64,000 bases of DNA, from assembly GCA_021836035.1 (NCBI GenBank), contig JAKBJL010000003.1:68135-132134 (forward strand), given 5' to 3'. The DNA comes from a bacterium (GTDB lineage: Bacteria > Patescibacteriota > Microgenomatia > JAMCZE01). The translations under genes and the position numbers were made by a program. Shown here piece after piece: positions 10,297 to 20,077 of the stretch. How positions within the stretch are numbered: the first letter of the stretch is position 1; the number at the start of each line of letters is the position of its first letter. Below the pieces are notes generated by a model. It was not told where the DNA came from, made no database searches, and was given only the letters and a program-made list of their open reading frames with translations.

Positions 10297-12006
10297 ATGA
10301 AATTTATCTTTGTTTCCGGGGGTGTAATCTCCGGTTTAGGAAAAGGCATAATAACTTCTTCTCTCTCGTTGCTTCTCAAAGATTTGGGTTTTAAAGTCGC
10401 CCCGGTAAAAATTGATATGTACCTGAATATGGACGCAGGGACATTGCGGCCCCAGGAACATGGGGAGACCTTTGTTCTAAAAAGCGGTTTAGAAACCGAT
10501 CAGGACATGGGTAATTACGAAAGGTTTCTGGGGGAGGATTTGCCCCGGGAGAACTATATTACCACCGGCCAAATCTATGCCGAAGTTATCCGTAAAGAGC
10601 GGAGTTTTGAATACGGGGGAACAACGGTGGAGGCTATCCCGCATTTAACAGACGAGGTAATGCGCCGCATCAAAAGCGCCGGTGAAGCGATGAAGGCGGA
10701 TATCGTGATTGTGGAATTAGGCGGAACGATTACTCTGCAGGAAATCCAAAACCGGATTTTTATTGAAGCCGCGCGGATTATGAAATTAAAAAACCCCGGA
10801 GATGTTATTCATATCCATGTCAGTTACTTGCCATTTGTTAAAAGCGTGGGGGAATTAAAAAGTAAACCCGCGCAGACCAGCGTTTACATTTTAAATTCTA
10901 TGGGCATCCAGCCGGATTTTGTTTTTGCCCGTTCCGAAATTCCGCTGGATAAAAAACGGGCGGAAAAAGTAGCCCTGTTTTGTAATATTTTTCCTGAGGA
11001 TTTAATTTTATCCCCGGATTTACCCTCTATTTATGAAGTGCCGTTGCTTTTCGACCAGCAACATGCGGCAGAAAAAATCTGCCAGAAATTAAATCTTAAA
11101 CCTGAAACGAAAGGCAAAGTTATGCCGGAATGGTCTAGAATGGTTTCCGGGATTAATAAGGCGGAGAAAGAGGTAACCATTGCGGTCGCCGGCAAATATT
11201 ATAAAGTCGGAGATTTTCATCTCGCTGATTCTTATGTGTCCGTAGTGGAAGCCCTAAAACATGCAGCCGCGCAATTAGGGTTAAAAATTAACCTGAGATG
11301 GGTAGATACCGAGGAGCTAACGGAGGACGGAAACACGGCGGAAAAATTATTTGCCAAAATATCTGGATTAATTGTTCCGCAGGGCTGGGGCAACAGGGGT
11401 GTTGAAGGAAAAATTAAAGCAGTGCAATATGCCCGGGAAAACAAAATCCCTTACCTGGGCTTATGTTTCGGGATGCAGATGGCCGTTATTGAATTTGCCC
11501 GGAATGTGGCCGGACTGAAAAAAGCAAATAGTCAGGAGGTTGATCCCAAGACTTCACAGCCGGTTATTCATATTATGAAGGACCAGGAAAAATATTTAGC
11601 AAAAAGGCAATACGGCGGAACCATAAGACTGGGACAGTGGCCAACAAAAATTTTCAATAAACTCAGAATTGTCCCGAGCAAAGTCGAAGGACAAATTTCG
11701 AATTTCAATGAATGTTATAACAAATATAAGAATTTCTGTGGCGGATATTACAAAAACGGAGTTATTATGGAACGTCACCGGCACCGCTATGAATTTAATC
11801 CTAAATATCGGAAATTAATGGAAAGGAAAGGTTTAAGGGTGGTAGGAATATCGCCTGATGGAAAATTAATAGAAGCAATTGAACTTCCGGACCATCCTTT
11901 TTTTGTCGGGACGCAGTATCATCCTGAGTTACAATCACGCCCGCTTAACCCCCATCCGTTATTTTTGGGATTTTTAGAAGCGGCATCCAAGCAAGAAAAC
12001 CGGTGA
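10297..12006 (+). CDS. pyrG: CTP synthase
   Basis: N-terminal synthetase domain (FVSGGVISGLGKGI) and C-terminal class-I glutamine amidotransferase domain with GLCFGMQ. Confidence 0.9.
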   Translation: MKFIFVSGGVISGLGKGIITSSLSLLLKDLGFKVAPVKIDMYLNMDAGTLRPQEHGETFVLKSGLETDQDMGNYERFLGEDLPRENYITTGQIYAEVIRKERSFEYGGTTVEAIPHLTDEVMRRIKSAGEAMKADIVIVELGGTITLQEIQNRIFIEAARIMKLKNPGDVIHIHVSYLPFVKSVGELKSKPAQTSVYILNSMGIQPDFVFARSEIPLDKKRAEKVALFCNIFPEDLILSPDLPSIYEVPLLFDQQHAAEKICQKLNLKPETKGKVMPEWSRMVSGINKAEKEVTIAVAGKYYKVGDFHLADSYVSVVEALKHAAAQLGLKINLRWVDTEELTEDGNTAEKLFAKISGLIVPQGWGNRGVEGKIKAVQYARENKIPYLGLCFGMQMAVIEFARNVAGLKKANSQEVDPKTSQPVIHIMKDQEKYLAKRQYGGTIRLGQWPTKIFNKLRIVPSKVEGQISNFNECYNKYKNFCGGYYKNGVIMERHRHRYEFNPKYRKLMERKGLRVVGISPDGKLIEAIELPDHPFFVGTQYHPELQSRPLNPHPLFLGFLEAASKQENR

Positions 12007-12428
12007 AAGTAAACATAAAAAGATTTGAAAAAGATTTACCTCTGCCGGAATATAAAACTTCCGGAGCCGCAGGATTTGATTTATATAGCCGGGAAAATAT
12101 TAATCTTAAGTCCGGGGAAACGGTGTTAATTCCAAGCAATCTCGTGATTAAAATTCCCCGGGGTTATTTTTTATTAATCCTCGGACGCAGTTCCACTCCG
12201 ATAAAATTCGGATTATTCGTATTTCCGGGAGTAGTCGATCCCGATTACTGTGGCGAGGAAGACGAAATAAAAATATCCGTTTATAATTTATCCTGTAAAC
12301 GGGTAGAGATTGCCGCGGGAACCCGAATCGCGCAGGGAATTTTTGTAAAGATTTCTAAACCGCGATTTGCCGAAACTGCTAAAATGAGCCGTAAATCCCG
12401 CGGGGGGTTCGGATCAACAGGACATTAA
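12003..12428 (+). CDS. dut: dUTP diphosphatase
   Basis: dUTPase motifs AGFDL, GRSS, GVVDPDYCGE and a C-terminal RGGFGSTG. Its start overlaps the pyrG stop. Confidence 0.8.
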   Translation: MKVNIKRFEKDLPLPEYKTSGAAGFDLYSRENINLKSGETVLIPSNLVIKIPRGYFLLILGRSSTPIKFGLFVFPGVVDPDYCGEEDEIKISVYNLSCKRVEIAAGTRIAQGIFVKISKPRFAETAKMSRKSRGGFGSTGH

Positions 12429-12430
12429 GT

Positions 12431-14248
12431 ATGGAAATTCCTAAAAGAATTTATCAGGAAAATAACCGACCGTTCAAAATTCCTTTCGAGGAGGATTTAT
12501 CGCGGTATGCCCCAGAATATACCCCGGAAGTTTATACCAAAGAAGAAAGGCGCTTCGCCAACCCGTTTTTTAGCAATCTTGACCGCCCCGCTTACATGAT
12601 TTATCTGCTACCGGAAGAAGTTATCGGAGCCGTTTGTTCCCGGGATAGTCGTTCCGAAAAAGACCTACGGAAAACCTTTATAGCGGAATACGTAATACCG
12701 GTAGTTTACCCGGAAAAGCAAAAGAATTGGGAAAATTTAACACGAGCAAAACAAGATCAAAAAATGCTTACCAAGCTTAAATTTATCCAATTTATTGATT
12801 TCTGGGATAGCCATGGCGGGATAGAAGGAATAGTTAATGACCAGAGAGCGGAAAACCTTTTTGATCAATGGGTCGGTATGTTTTCCGACGAATCTATTTT
12901 AGAACTGGGAAATATCCACTTGGGTTTACAGGGAATATCTAACGCGCTTTGGGAAGAAATTATTACCGTTAGATTAGCTAGCTACCTCGGAAAGTCTACT
13001 AGATATGTACCTTTTGATATCCCCGATGCTAGTGGACATTATCGGTACATTACTCCCGGGGAAATCCGGGGAACTAAAGACGAAAGCCGGTACCGTAGGG
13101 ATATGGACGAAATATTTAAATTTCACAATCGTATTTCACCTAAATACCTAGAATACATTTGCGAAAAATTCCCGCAGGGAGCTAATGAAAAAGACGGACC
13201 ATTTATCAAATCCCGAGGCGCAAAGCGGTTTGATGACTTACGGGATTTATTGGTGTTTGGGTCAGAGATTAATGTTGCCATAAATGCCAACGGAAGGTCG
13301 ATGGAAAGTATTGTTAATAAATTGTTAAGCAACGGATCGGGGGAAGCGAGGTGGTGGGGCCAAACTATTGTTCGGGAAATGGATAAGGTAGCACCGGCCT
13401 TTATTAAAAGGGCAAAAACCTCCCAAGGAGCAGAGGTGCAACATTACCGCTCTAATTTAGCCATTCTTAGGGAAGAACTTGCAGCGGAGATTTTTCCGGG
13501 GGAGACAAACGAAGCATCTGAACCCTACCATTGGGTGAGGTTAATTTCTTCAACTCCTCAAGCTGATGTGGAGGTCCTCTCCGCCTTTTTATTTTCCAGT
13601 CAAAAAAGGCTATCTCTTTTAGAGATCCGCGAGAAAGTGATCGCGATGGGAGATGATAAAAGAAAAGATTATCTGCGGCGCATTATAGAAGAAAGGAAAT
13701 CCGGACGACCGGATTTTGACCGGAAGCAAGACCGCTTTAAGAAGGTTCCCCGGGCTTGGGAAAATGCCCATTATCTTTTCGAAATTTGGGGTAGGGGAGG
13801 TGACTATCGTGATCTGCATCGCCATCGGATGCTGACCGAAGAGCGCCAACCGTTTACTACTAAATGGGGTCATGATTTGGAAAAAGAATTATTAGAATCG
13901 CCCTTTATGGACCAGGTCCAGCCACTTATAAAACTTTCCGCGGAATTACATCAAGAGCTGGCACGTAATTATGGTCCGAAGGCAGCAGAGTATCCTTTAT
14001 TATTTACTTTTATCCAGCATTGGTATATGCGGATTTCTGCTCGGGAATTACATTGGATTCCGGAGATAAGGACCAGTCCCCAGGCGAGGCCCCATTATAA
14101 AGAAATCGCCCAACAAATGGGAACTACGGCTATAAATAAGGATCCGGCTTTATTCCAGGGACTTATGATAGGATGGGATAATGACCGGATAGCGCGTAGA
14201 GAATCGGAGAAAAAAATCGCCGCCAAATTAGATAAGAAGCAACAATGA
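12431..14248 (+). CDS. thyX: Long (605 aa) ThyX-like flavin-dependent thymidylate synthase with two ThyX-like halves
   Basis: The C-terminal half has an RHR motif (DLHRHRMLTEER) and the ThyX C-terminal conserved block FTFIQHWYMRISARELHWIPEIR (compare ThyX FFWTVNARSLMNFL...AQWEI). The N-terminal half has a degenerate ThyX motif TVRLASYLGKSTRY (compare VRHRIASYNELSGRY). The gene sits between dut and tmk. Confidence 0.5.
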   Translation: MEIPKRIYQENNRPFKIPFEEDLSRYAPEYTPEVYTKEERRFANPFFSNLDRPAYMIYLLPEEVIGAVCSRDSRSEKDLRKTFIAEYVIPVVYPEKQKNWENLTRAKQDQKMLTKLKFIQFIDFWDSHGGIEGIVNDQRAENLFDQWVGMFSDESILELGNIHLGLQGISNALWEEIITVRLASYLGKSTRYVPFDIPDASGHYRYITPGEIRGTKDESRYRRDMDEIFKFHNRISPKYLEYICEKFPQGANEKDGPFIKSRGAKRFDDLRDLLVFGSEINVAINANGRSMESIVNKLLSNGSGEARWWGQTIVREMDKVAPAFIKRAKTSQGAEVQHYRSNLAILREELAAEIFPGETNEASEPYHWVRLISSTPQADVEVLSAFLFSSQKRLSLLEIREKVIAMGDDKRKDYLRRIIEERKSGRPDFDRKQDRFKKVPRAWENAHYLFEIWGRGGDYRDLHRHRMLTEERQPFTTKWGHDLEKELLESPFMDQVQPLIKLSAELHQELARNYGPKAAEYPLLFTFIQHWYMRISARELHWIPEIRTSPQARPHYKEIAQQMGTTAINKDPALFQGLMIGWDNDRIARRESEKKIAAKLDKKQQ

Positions 14249-14892
14249 AAAGGAAAGGAATTTATATTGTTTTTGAGGGGATTGTCGGCTGCGGCAAAAC
14301 GACGCAGGTTAATCTTCTCGCGGATCTGTTACGGGTTAAATTTCCTCAAAGTGAAATTATTACCAACCGGGAACCAGGGGGTACTGAGATTGCTCGGGAA
14401 ATTCGTAAATTGGTGCAAGCAACAGATTTTAATGAGGAGATGGAACCCGTTTGTGAGCAATATTTATACGCTGCTTCCCGGGCGCAGTCTTTGCGGAAAG
14501 TTGTAGAACCGGCTTTAAAAAGAGGAGCGATCGTCATCTCCGACCGCTCTTTTTTTACCAGTTTGGTAAACCAGGGTTTCGGCCGGGGTTTGGGAATAGA
14601 AAAAGTCCTGGAAATAAATAAAAATGCGGTCGAAAATTTATGGCCGGATCTGGTTTTACTTATTGATATCGATATTAAAACTTCGCTTTCCCGGATTAAA
14701 GATCACGATGGGGATAAATTCGAAAAATATGATGAAAAATTTTATCACAAAGTACACCACGGTTATCGGGTTATAACCAAAAAATATCCCCGGTTAGTCA
14801 AGGTAATTGACGGGCGCGGAAATATTAATCGGGTTCACAGGCGAATTGGCGATTATGTAACAAAGTACTTGAGTAGCCGATTGCGCATTTAA
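14245..14892 (+). CDS. tmk: Thymidylate kinase
   Basis: P-loop EGIVGCGKTTQ, a DRS-like motif (ISDRSFFTS) and a lid region. Its start overlaps the thyX-like stop. Confidence 0.8.
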   Translation: MKRKGIYIVFEGIVGCGKTTQVNLLADLLRVKFPQSEIITNREPGGTEIAREIRKLVQATDFNEEMEPVCEQYLYAASRAQSLRKVVEPALKRGAIVISDRSFFTSLVNQGFGRGLGIEKVLEINKNAVENLWPDLVLLIDIDIKTSLSRIKDHDGDKFEKYDEKFYHKVHHGYRVITKKYPRLVKVIDGRGNINRVHRRIGDYVTKYLSSRLRI

Positions 14893-14989
14893 ATTGGGTG
14901 CCACAACCCCGTTTGCAAGGAGAGGTCTTACAAAGGCTGTTAATATAATCCGTGTACGATAGGTCTTTCCGTGATAAAATTGCTTCAGG

Positions 14990-16321
14990 ATGAAAAATCT
15001 AAAGACAGAGGACCGGGAAATTGCGGACTTAATTGTCGGGGAAGAAATCAGACAACGAGAGGTATTGGAAATGGTCCCCTCGGAAAATTATACTTCCCCG
15101 GCTGTCCGGGAAGCGGTCGGGAGCATATTGATGGATAAATATGCCGAGGGTTTACCGGGTAAAAGGTATTATCAGGGGAACAGGATTATTGACGAGATAG
15201 AAAACCTGGCGGTAGCGAGGTTTAAAAAACTTTTCGGTGTCCCTTATATTAATGTCCAACCCTATTCTGGAAGTCCAGCCAATAGCGCGGTATATTTTGC
15301 CCTCCTGAACCCTGGAGAAAAAATCATGGGCCTGGCTCTTGCTTCCGGAGGGCACTTAACCCACGGCCATCCTCGGGTTACTTTCTCCGGGAAATATTTT
15401 TCTTCTGTCCAATATGCGGTTGAGGATAACGGTTGGATTGATTACGGGAAACTGGAAAAACTGGTAGCGGCCGAAAAACCGCAAATTATAGTTTGCGGAA
15501 CGACTGCTTATCCGCGGTTTCTGGATTTTGCCAAGTTCAGTAAAATTGGTCATGCTGTCGGTGCTTATGTCCTGGCGGATATTTCCCACCTTGCCGGCCT
15601 GATTATTGCCGGAGTACATCCCAGCCCGGTTCCGTTTGCGGACATAGTGATGACAACCACTCATAAAACTTTGCGCGGGCCCCGGGGCGCGGTCATAATG
15701 GTTACGGAAACCGGCTTGAGAAAAGATCCGGAATTAGGTGAAAAAATTGACAAAGCTGTTTTCCCCGGGCTGCAGGGCGGTCCGCATGAGAATATCATCG
15801 CCGGGATAGCCGTTTGCGCTAAAGAAGCGTCAAACCCCGAATTTAAAAAATACGGGGAGCAGGTAGTCCAAAATGCCAAGGCTTTGGCGGAAAATTTGCT
15901 ATCTTCTGGTTTGGAATTGGTTTCCGGTGGAACGGATAACCATCTGATGGTTATCGATTTACGTAAAAAGAAACTTTTGGGAAATGTCGCGGCGGCTGCT
16001 TTGGAAGAAGCGGGGATAGTGACCAATAAAAACGCCGTTCCCGGCGATCCTTTACCGCCGTTTTATGCTTCCGGAATTCGTTTGGGAACACCGGCTATAA
16101 CTTCCCGCGGTATGAAGGAAGGGGAGATGAAAATCATCAGCCGGTGGGTAGGTGAAGTGATTAACTTTTTAGTGCCTTACCCGGATCTTGCCGTCGTGCA
16201 GACTAAGGAAAGCCGGTCGGCATATTCCCAAAAAGCCCTGGACGGGATAAAATTCAACCGGAGGTTAAAAGAAATCTCCGGGGAGGTAAAAAACCTCTGC
16301 CAAAAATTTCCGGTCAATTAA
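14990..16321 (+). CDS. glyA: Serine hydroxymethyltransferase
   Basis: The PLP-lysine motif TTTHKTLRGPRG and glycine-rich SHMT motifs are present throughout the protein. Confidence 0.9.
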   Translation: MKNLKTEDREIADLIVGEEIRQREVLEMVPSENYTSPAVREAVGSILMDKYAEGLPGKRYYQGNRIIDEIENLAVARFKKLFGVPYINVQPYSGSPANSAVYFALLNPGEKIMGLALASGGHLTHGHPRVTFSGKYFSSVQYAVEDNGWIDYGKLEKLVAAEKPQIIVCGTTAYPRFLDFAKFSKIGHAVGAYVLADISHLAGLIIAGVHPSPVPFADIVMTTTHKTLRGPRGAVIMVTETGLRKDPELGEKIDKAVFPGLQGGPHENIIAGIAVCAKEASNPEFKKYGEQVVQNAKALAENLLSSGLELVSGGTDNHLMVIDLRKKKLLGNVAAAALEEAGIVTNKNAVPGDPLPPFYASGIRLGTPAITSRGMKEGEMKIISRWVGEVINFLVPYPDLAVVQTKESRSAYSQKALDGIKFNRRLKEISGEVKNLCQKFPVN

Positions 16322-16327
16322 TTATTT

Positions 16328-16702
16328 ATGCGGTCAATTGCCAGAGAGTTAGAAGGTTCGGGGTCGGCTATTGCGCAAGCCGGCAGGGATGTCTTTGTAG
16401 AAAAGAAGCTACGACGTTTGGTAGATAAGGCTCCGAGAATAAAACTATTTTTTGAAGAGCGCAGGGATGCCTGTGAAGAAATTTACCAGATGAAACTTGA
16501 ACGGGGCGACGTGATTCAACTTACCTTTAATAAAGTAGATGCTCCTTTGGAAATTCGCGAGAAAATTGTTTCTTCCATAGATCCAGATGGAAATGTACAC
16601 TTTGTCGGCGGGGGAATGACCACGGCGCATCAATTATTACAGTGTTCTCCTCTTAAGGTAGGAAAGAAGCAATTGCCACCACTAAGGATTAAACGTTTTT
16701 AA
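16328..16702 (+). CDS. Hypothetical protein (124 aa) between glyA and folD
   Basis: Open frame with an adjacent RBS-like sequence; no motif recognised. Kept because it is co-directional and tightly packed inside the one-carbon/dTMP module. Confidence 0.3.
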   Translation: MRSIARELEGSGSAIAQAGRDVFVEKKLRRLVDKAPRIKLFFEERRDACEEIYQMKLERGDVIQLTFNKVDAPLEIREKIVSSIDPDGNVHFVGGGMTTAHQLLQCSPLKVGKKQLPPLRIKRF

Positions 16703-16710
16703 AATAAATT

Positions 16711-17625
16711 ATGCTGATTGATGGTGCTGCGATTGCCGCGGAGAGAGAAAAAAAGGTCAAACTCTGGACCGCGGAAATGCGGTTTTATAAAACGGCTCCG
16801 AAATTTGCCGCGATTTTGGTCGGGAATGATCCGGCCTCTGAGCTTTATCTGCAGCGGAAAGATGCGCAAGCCCGGGAGGTAGATATTGAGATGGTCTCCG
16901 TCCAAATGCCGTCCGGAGCAAGCATAGAACAGGTAATCGCCCAGATAAGACAATATAATGCTGATCCTTCCGTTTACGGTATTTTGGTACAGTTGCCTTT
17001 TCCTTCTGGCTCACCGCCGGACCAGGCTCGCCGGAAAATACTTGACGAAATTGACCCGGCTAAAGATATAGATTGTCTGACTTCCGTGAATATCGGTGCT
17101 TTGACTTCCGGTCAGCCCCGCTTTTTTCCGGCGACAGTAAAAGCAGTATTGACGGCAATCAACGCCGGAATGGGTAATGGGGCACAGATGGTCGACTGGA
17201 AGCAGGTTAACGGCCGATGGCTGTCAGGAAAAACCGCGGTAGTCATCGGGCAATCGGAAATTGTGGGTAAGCCGCTGGCGGTTGCTTTGATGAATATGGG
17301 AGCAACAGTGGTTTCTGCTAATGAGTGGACACAAGAGTTGAAGAGTTTAACCCGGACTGGTGATATATTAATTTCCGCAGCAGGAGTAGCAGGGCTAGTC
17401 AAAAGCGATATGGTTAAATTGGAGGCGATGGTCATCGATGTAGGTATGAACCGGACCGAAAGGGGAGTAGCGGTAGGAGATGTCGATTTCGCTGCTGTTT
17501 CTAATATCGCTTCGGCAATTACTCCGGTACCGGGAGGAGTAGGACCATTAACAGTGATATCTCTGATGGAGAACGTCATCGAGGCGGTAAGAAATGCGCA
17601 ATCTACAATAGCTAATAAGAAATAA
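16711..17625 (+). CDS. folD: Bifunctional 5,10-methylene-THF dehydrogenase / methenyl-THF cyclohydrolase
   Basis: Motifs PASELYLQRK and TPVPGGVGPLTVISLMENV, plus the Rossmann motif VIGQSEIVGKP. Confidence 0.85.
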   Translation: MLIDGAAIAAEREKKVKLWTAEMRFYKTAPKFAAILVGNDPASELYLQRKDAQAREVDIEMVSVQMPSGASIEQVIAQIRQYNADPSVYGILVQLPFPSGSPPDQARRKILDEIDPAKDIDCLTSVNIGALTSGQPRFFPATVKAVLTAINAGMGNGAQMVDWKQVNGRWLSGKTAVVIGQSEIVGKPLAVALMNMGATVVSANEWTQELKSLTRTGDILISAAGVAGLVKSDMVKLEAMVIDVGMNRTERGVAVGDVDFAAVSNIASAITPVPGGVGPLTVISLMENVIEAVRNAQSTIANKK

Positions 17626-17743
17626 CGGATGGTTAACAAGTTGGTTATTAAGATTGCTCATTCCCCGTTGTTTATTGTATAATCGGCCTATTACACACAT
17701 CTAAAGCAAAAATCCCTGAAGACTCGGAATCTTCCGGCTTTAG

Positions 17744-18496
17744 ATGGCGGATAAAGGGATTTTACCTATGAAAAATATTGCCTTAAAAGATTTACTGGAG
17801 GCCGGATGTCATTTTGGTCACCAGTCTAACCGTTGGCATCCTAAGGCCGTTTCCTATATTTTTGACGAGCGGGACGGTGTTCATATTATTGATCTGGCTA
17901 AAACCAAAGCGGGGTTAATCACGGCGGGGGAGTACCTGGCCGATTTAGCAAAGAATGACGGTAAAATTATTTTTGTAGGTGTGAAGCGTCAGGCAAAAGC
18001 GGTAGTCACCGAAGCCGCTAAAAAAGCCGGAGTTTATTTTGTGACTGAACGCTGGCCCGGCGGGCTGCTGACAAATTTTTCCGTGATGAAAAGGAACCTG
18101 GCCCGGATTGAAGAATTAAAAGCTAGATCGACAGATACGAGTTATACTAAAAAGGAGCGCCTCCTGGCAAACCGGGATATGGAAAAGTTACTCCGGGTTT
18201 ATGAGGGGTTGGTCGGTTTAGACAGTTTGCCCAATGCCGTTTACCTGGTTGACATAAAAAAAATGGAGGGTGCCGCCCGGGAAGCAAAGGCCACCGGGGT
18301 AAAAATGGTTGCGATTACCGATACCAATGCGGATCCAACGGATATTGATTACCAGATTCCGGCTAATGACGATGCGGTAGGGAGTATTAAAATTATCACG
18401 GATTATCTGGCTGATTGTTGGTTGGAAGGAAAGGGAAAAAATAAAGACAATAAAAATAATAAAATTAATAAAGAAAATGAAGCCCATCACAGTTGA
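17744..18496 (+). CDS. rpsB: 30S ribosomal protein S2 with a K/N-rich C-terminal tail
   Basis: GCHFGHQSNRWHPK motif and S2 family similarity throughout. An extra tail KGKNKDNKNNKINKENE is encoded by an AATAAA-rich DNA block. Confidence 0.9.
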   Translation: MADKGILPMKNIALKDLLEAGCHFGHQSNRWHPKAVSYIFDERDGVHIIDLAKTKAGLITAGEYLADLAKNDGKIIFVGVKRQAKAVVTEAAKKAGVYFVTERWPGGLLTNFSVMKRNLARIEELKARSTDTSYTKKERLLANRDMEKLLRVYEGLVGLDSLPNAVYLVDIKKMEGAAREAKATGVKMVAITDTNADPTDIDYQIPANDDAVGSIKIITDYLADCWLEGKGKNKDNKNNKINKENEAHHS

Positions 18497-18932
18497 TGAT
18501 ATTAAGGAATTGCGCGAAAAGACGGGGGCGGGAATTGCCGACTGTCGGGAAGCGCTGGAAGCCAGCAAAGGCAGTGTGGTGAAAGCAGCAGAATATCTGA
18601 AAAAGAAGGGAATTGAGAAAGCGGAAAAAAAGTCAGAGCGGGAAACTGGACAGGGCAAAGTGTTTGCTTATATCCATGCAACCGGAAAAATTGGGGTCGT
18701 TCTTTCCCTGCTTTGCGAAACGGATTTTGTGGCGCGGACAGAGGATTTTACTAACCTTGGTAAAGAAGTTTGTCTGCAGATCGCTTCCATGAAACCGAAA
18801 AATGTTGCGGAGTTGCTATCCCAGGAATATATTCGTGATCCGCAAACGACAATCGGTGATATGATAAAAGAAGTAATCGGAAAATTAGGGGAAAATATTA
18901 AAGTCGGAGAGTTCAGTAGAATTCAAATTTAG
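18477..18932 (+). CDS. tsf: Elongation factor Ts (short form)
   Basis: N-terminal UBA-like motif ITVDDIKELREKTGAGIADCREAL. Overlaps the rpsB end, giving the conserved rpsB-tsf order. Confidence 0.75.
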   Translation: MKPITVDDIKELREKTGAGIADCREALEASKGSVVKAAEYLKKKGIEKAEKKSERETGQGKVFAYIHATGKIGVVLSLLCETDFVARTEDFTNLGKEVCLQIASMKPKNVAELLSQEYIRDPQTTIGDMIKEVIGKLGENIKVGEFSRIQI

Positions 18933-18944
18933 CGGATAGCGGAA

Positions 18945-19012
18945 AGCGTTTAGCGTATAGATCAAAAATTTAGTGTTTTCTTTACGCTTTACGCTATACG
19001 CTTTACGCTATA
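18945..19012. repeat. Inverted and tandem CTTTACGCTATA-type repeats in the tsf-frr spacer
   Basis: agcgtttagcgtatag at 18945..18960 is inverted relative to ctttacgctttacgctatacgctttacgctata at 18980..19012, which contains three direct ctttacgct copies. Confidence 0.6.
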
Positions 19013-19015
19013 CCA

Positions 19016-19558
19016 TTGGACGAAATTATTTCTTCAACATCCGCAAAGTTCCAAAAGGTTCTTCAGGTAGTGCAGGACGATTTAGCCACCATTAGGACCG
19101 GGAAGGCCAATACTGCCATCCTGGAGAATCTTTTAGTAGAAGCTTATGGTTCGCGAATGAAATTGGTGGAGCTGGCAACCCTGGTGGCAACTGACCCGAC
19201 GACACTAGTGGTTACTCCATTTGATATTACGAACGTAAGTGCGATAGCAAAAGCAATTGAAACTGCCAACTTGGGCCTTTCCGTTATTGTCGAAGATACT
19301 AAGATCAGAGTTTTAGTTCCGCAGCTATCGGCGGAACGTAGACAGGAATATGTTAAGCTGGCTAAGGTGAAAGTGGAGGGCGGTAAAATTATGTTGCGGC
19401 AGACGCGGCATGAAGCGATGGAAGAAGTAGAAAAAGCGGGGGCCGATGATGATACTAAGGTCAGATGGGAAAAAGAGATCCAGCAATTAACCGATAAAAT
19501 GGCCGCGGAACTTGATCTGCTAGCTTCTAAGAAAGAAACGGAATTGTTAAATATTTAA
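19016..19558 (+). CDS. frr: Ribosome recycling factor
   Basis: RRF family similarity throughout (LENLLVEAYGS..., VTPFD..., RVLVPQLSAERRQEYVK). Confidence 0.85.
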   Translation: MDEIISSTSAKFQKVLQVVQDDLATIRTGKANTAILENLLVEAYGSRMKLVELATLVATDPTTLVVTPFDITNVSAIAKAIETANLGLSVIVEDTKIRVLVPQLSAERRQEYVKLAKVKVEGGKIMLRQTRHEAMEEVEKAGADDDTKVRWEKEIQQLTDKMAAELDLLASKKETELLNI

Positions 19559-19635
19559 TTATACTTGTTGCCTTTGGCTCGCTAGTCGATATTGACAATA
19601 CTTCCCCAAAAGTCCTATTCTGATATAGAAGACCG

Positions 19636-20031
19636 ATGCTTTCACAAAAAGGTTTTATTCCACTCGGTGGGTTGATGTTATTGTTGGTGATTGCCATCGG
19701 TATTTTGGCGGGGACCCTGCTGATTAAGCAGGGAACGGATTTTGTTAACCACGCTGATGAAATTCTCCCCGTAGAGCTTCCTTTTCCCAAAGGTAGTAGT
19801 TATTGCATACCGCGGCCTCCGTGCTTGGATGACGAGAACCCCTGTAAACTGATGGGCAATTTTCATAATTGGTGTCCTAAAAAGCCGCGGGTAACCCCGG
19901 CTCCGGGGGTTTCGGGCGTGCCCTCACTTTTTCCTTCACCGAGCTGCCGGCAGCGTCCGGCTTGTCTGGATGCCCATCCGCCGTGTGAGATTCCCGAGCC
20001 GATCGGCGGTTGGTGTCCTCCCGTATTCTAA
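19636..20031 (+). CDS. Small membrane-anchored Cys-rich protein with a pilin-like N-terminus
   Basis: KGFIPLGGLMLLLVIAIGILAGTLL resembles a type IV pilin class III signal but lacks Glu+5. It is followed by two PxC-LD-x-PC...WCP cysteine repeats. The 3' end overlaps the annotated rseP upstream extension. Confidence 0.4.
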   Translation: MLSQKGFIPLGGLMLLLVIAIGILAGTLLIKQGTDFVNHADEILPVELPFPKGSSYCIPRPPCLDDENPCKLMGNFHNWCPKKPRVTPAPGVSGVPSLFPSPSCRQRPACLDAHPPCEIPEPIGGWCPPVF

Positions 20032-20077
20032 CCTCTCTGTAGACGAATTTGCCCCGGATTTGTTAGAATCAAAGCGT

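Noticed and set aside
18976-19012. CRISPR-like array from the repeated ctttacgct units
   Set aside because: Only three short (9-14 nt) contiguous copies with no spacers of CRISPR size, and no cas genes in the window.
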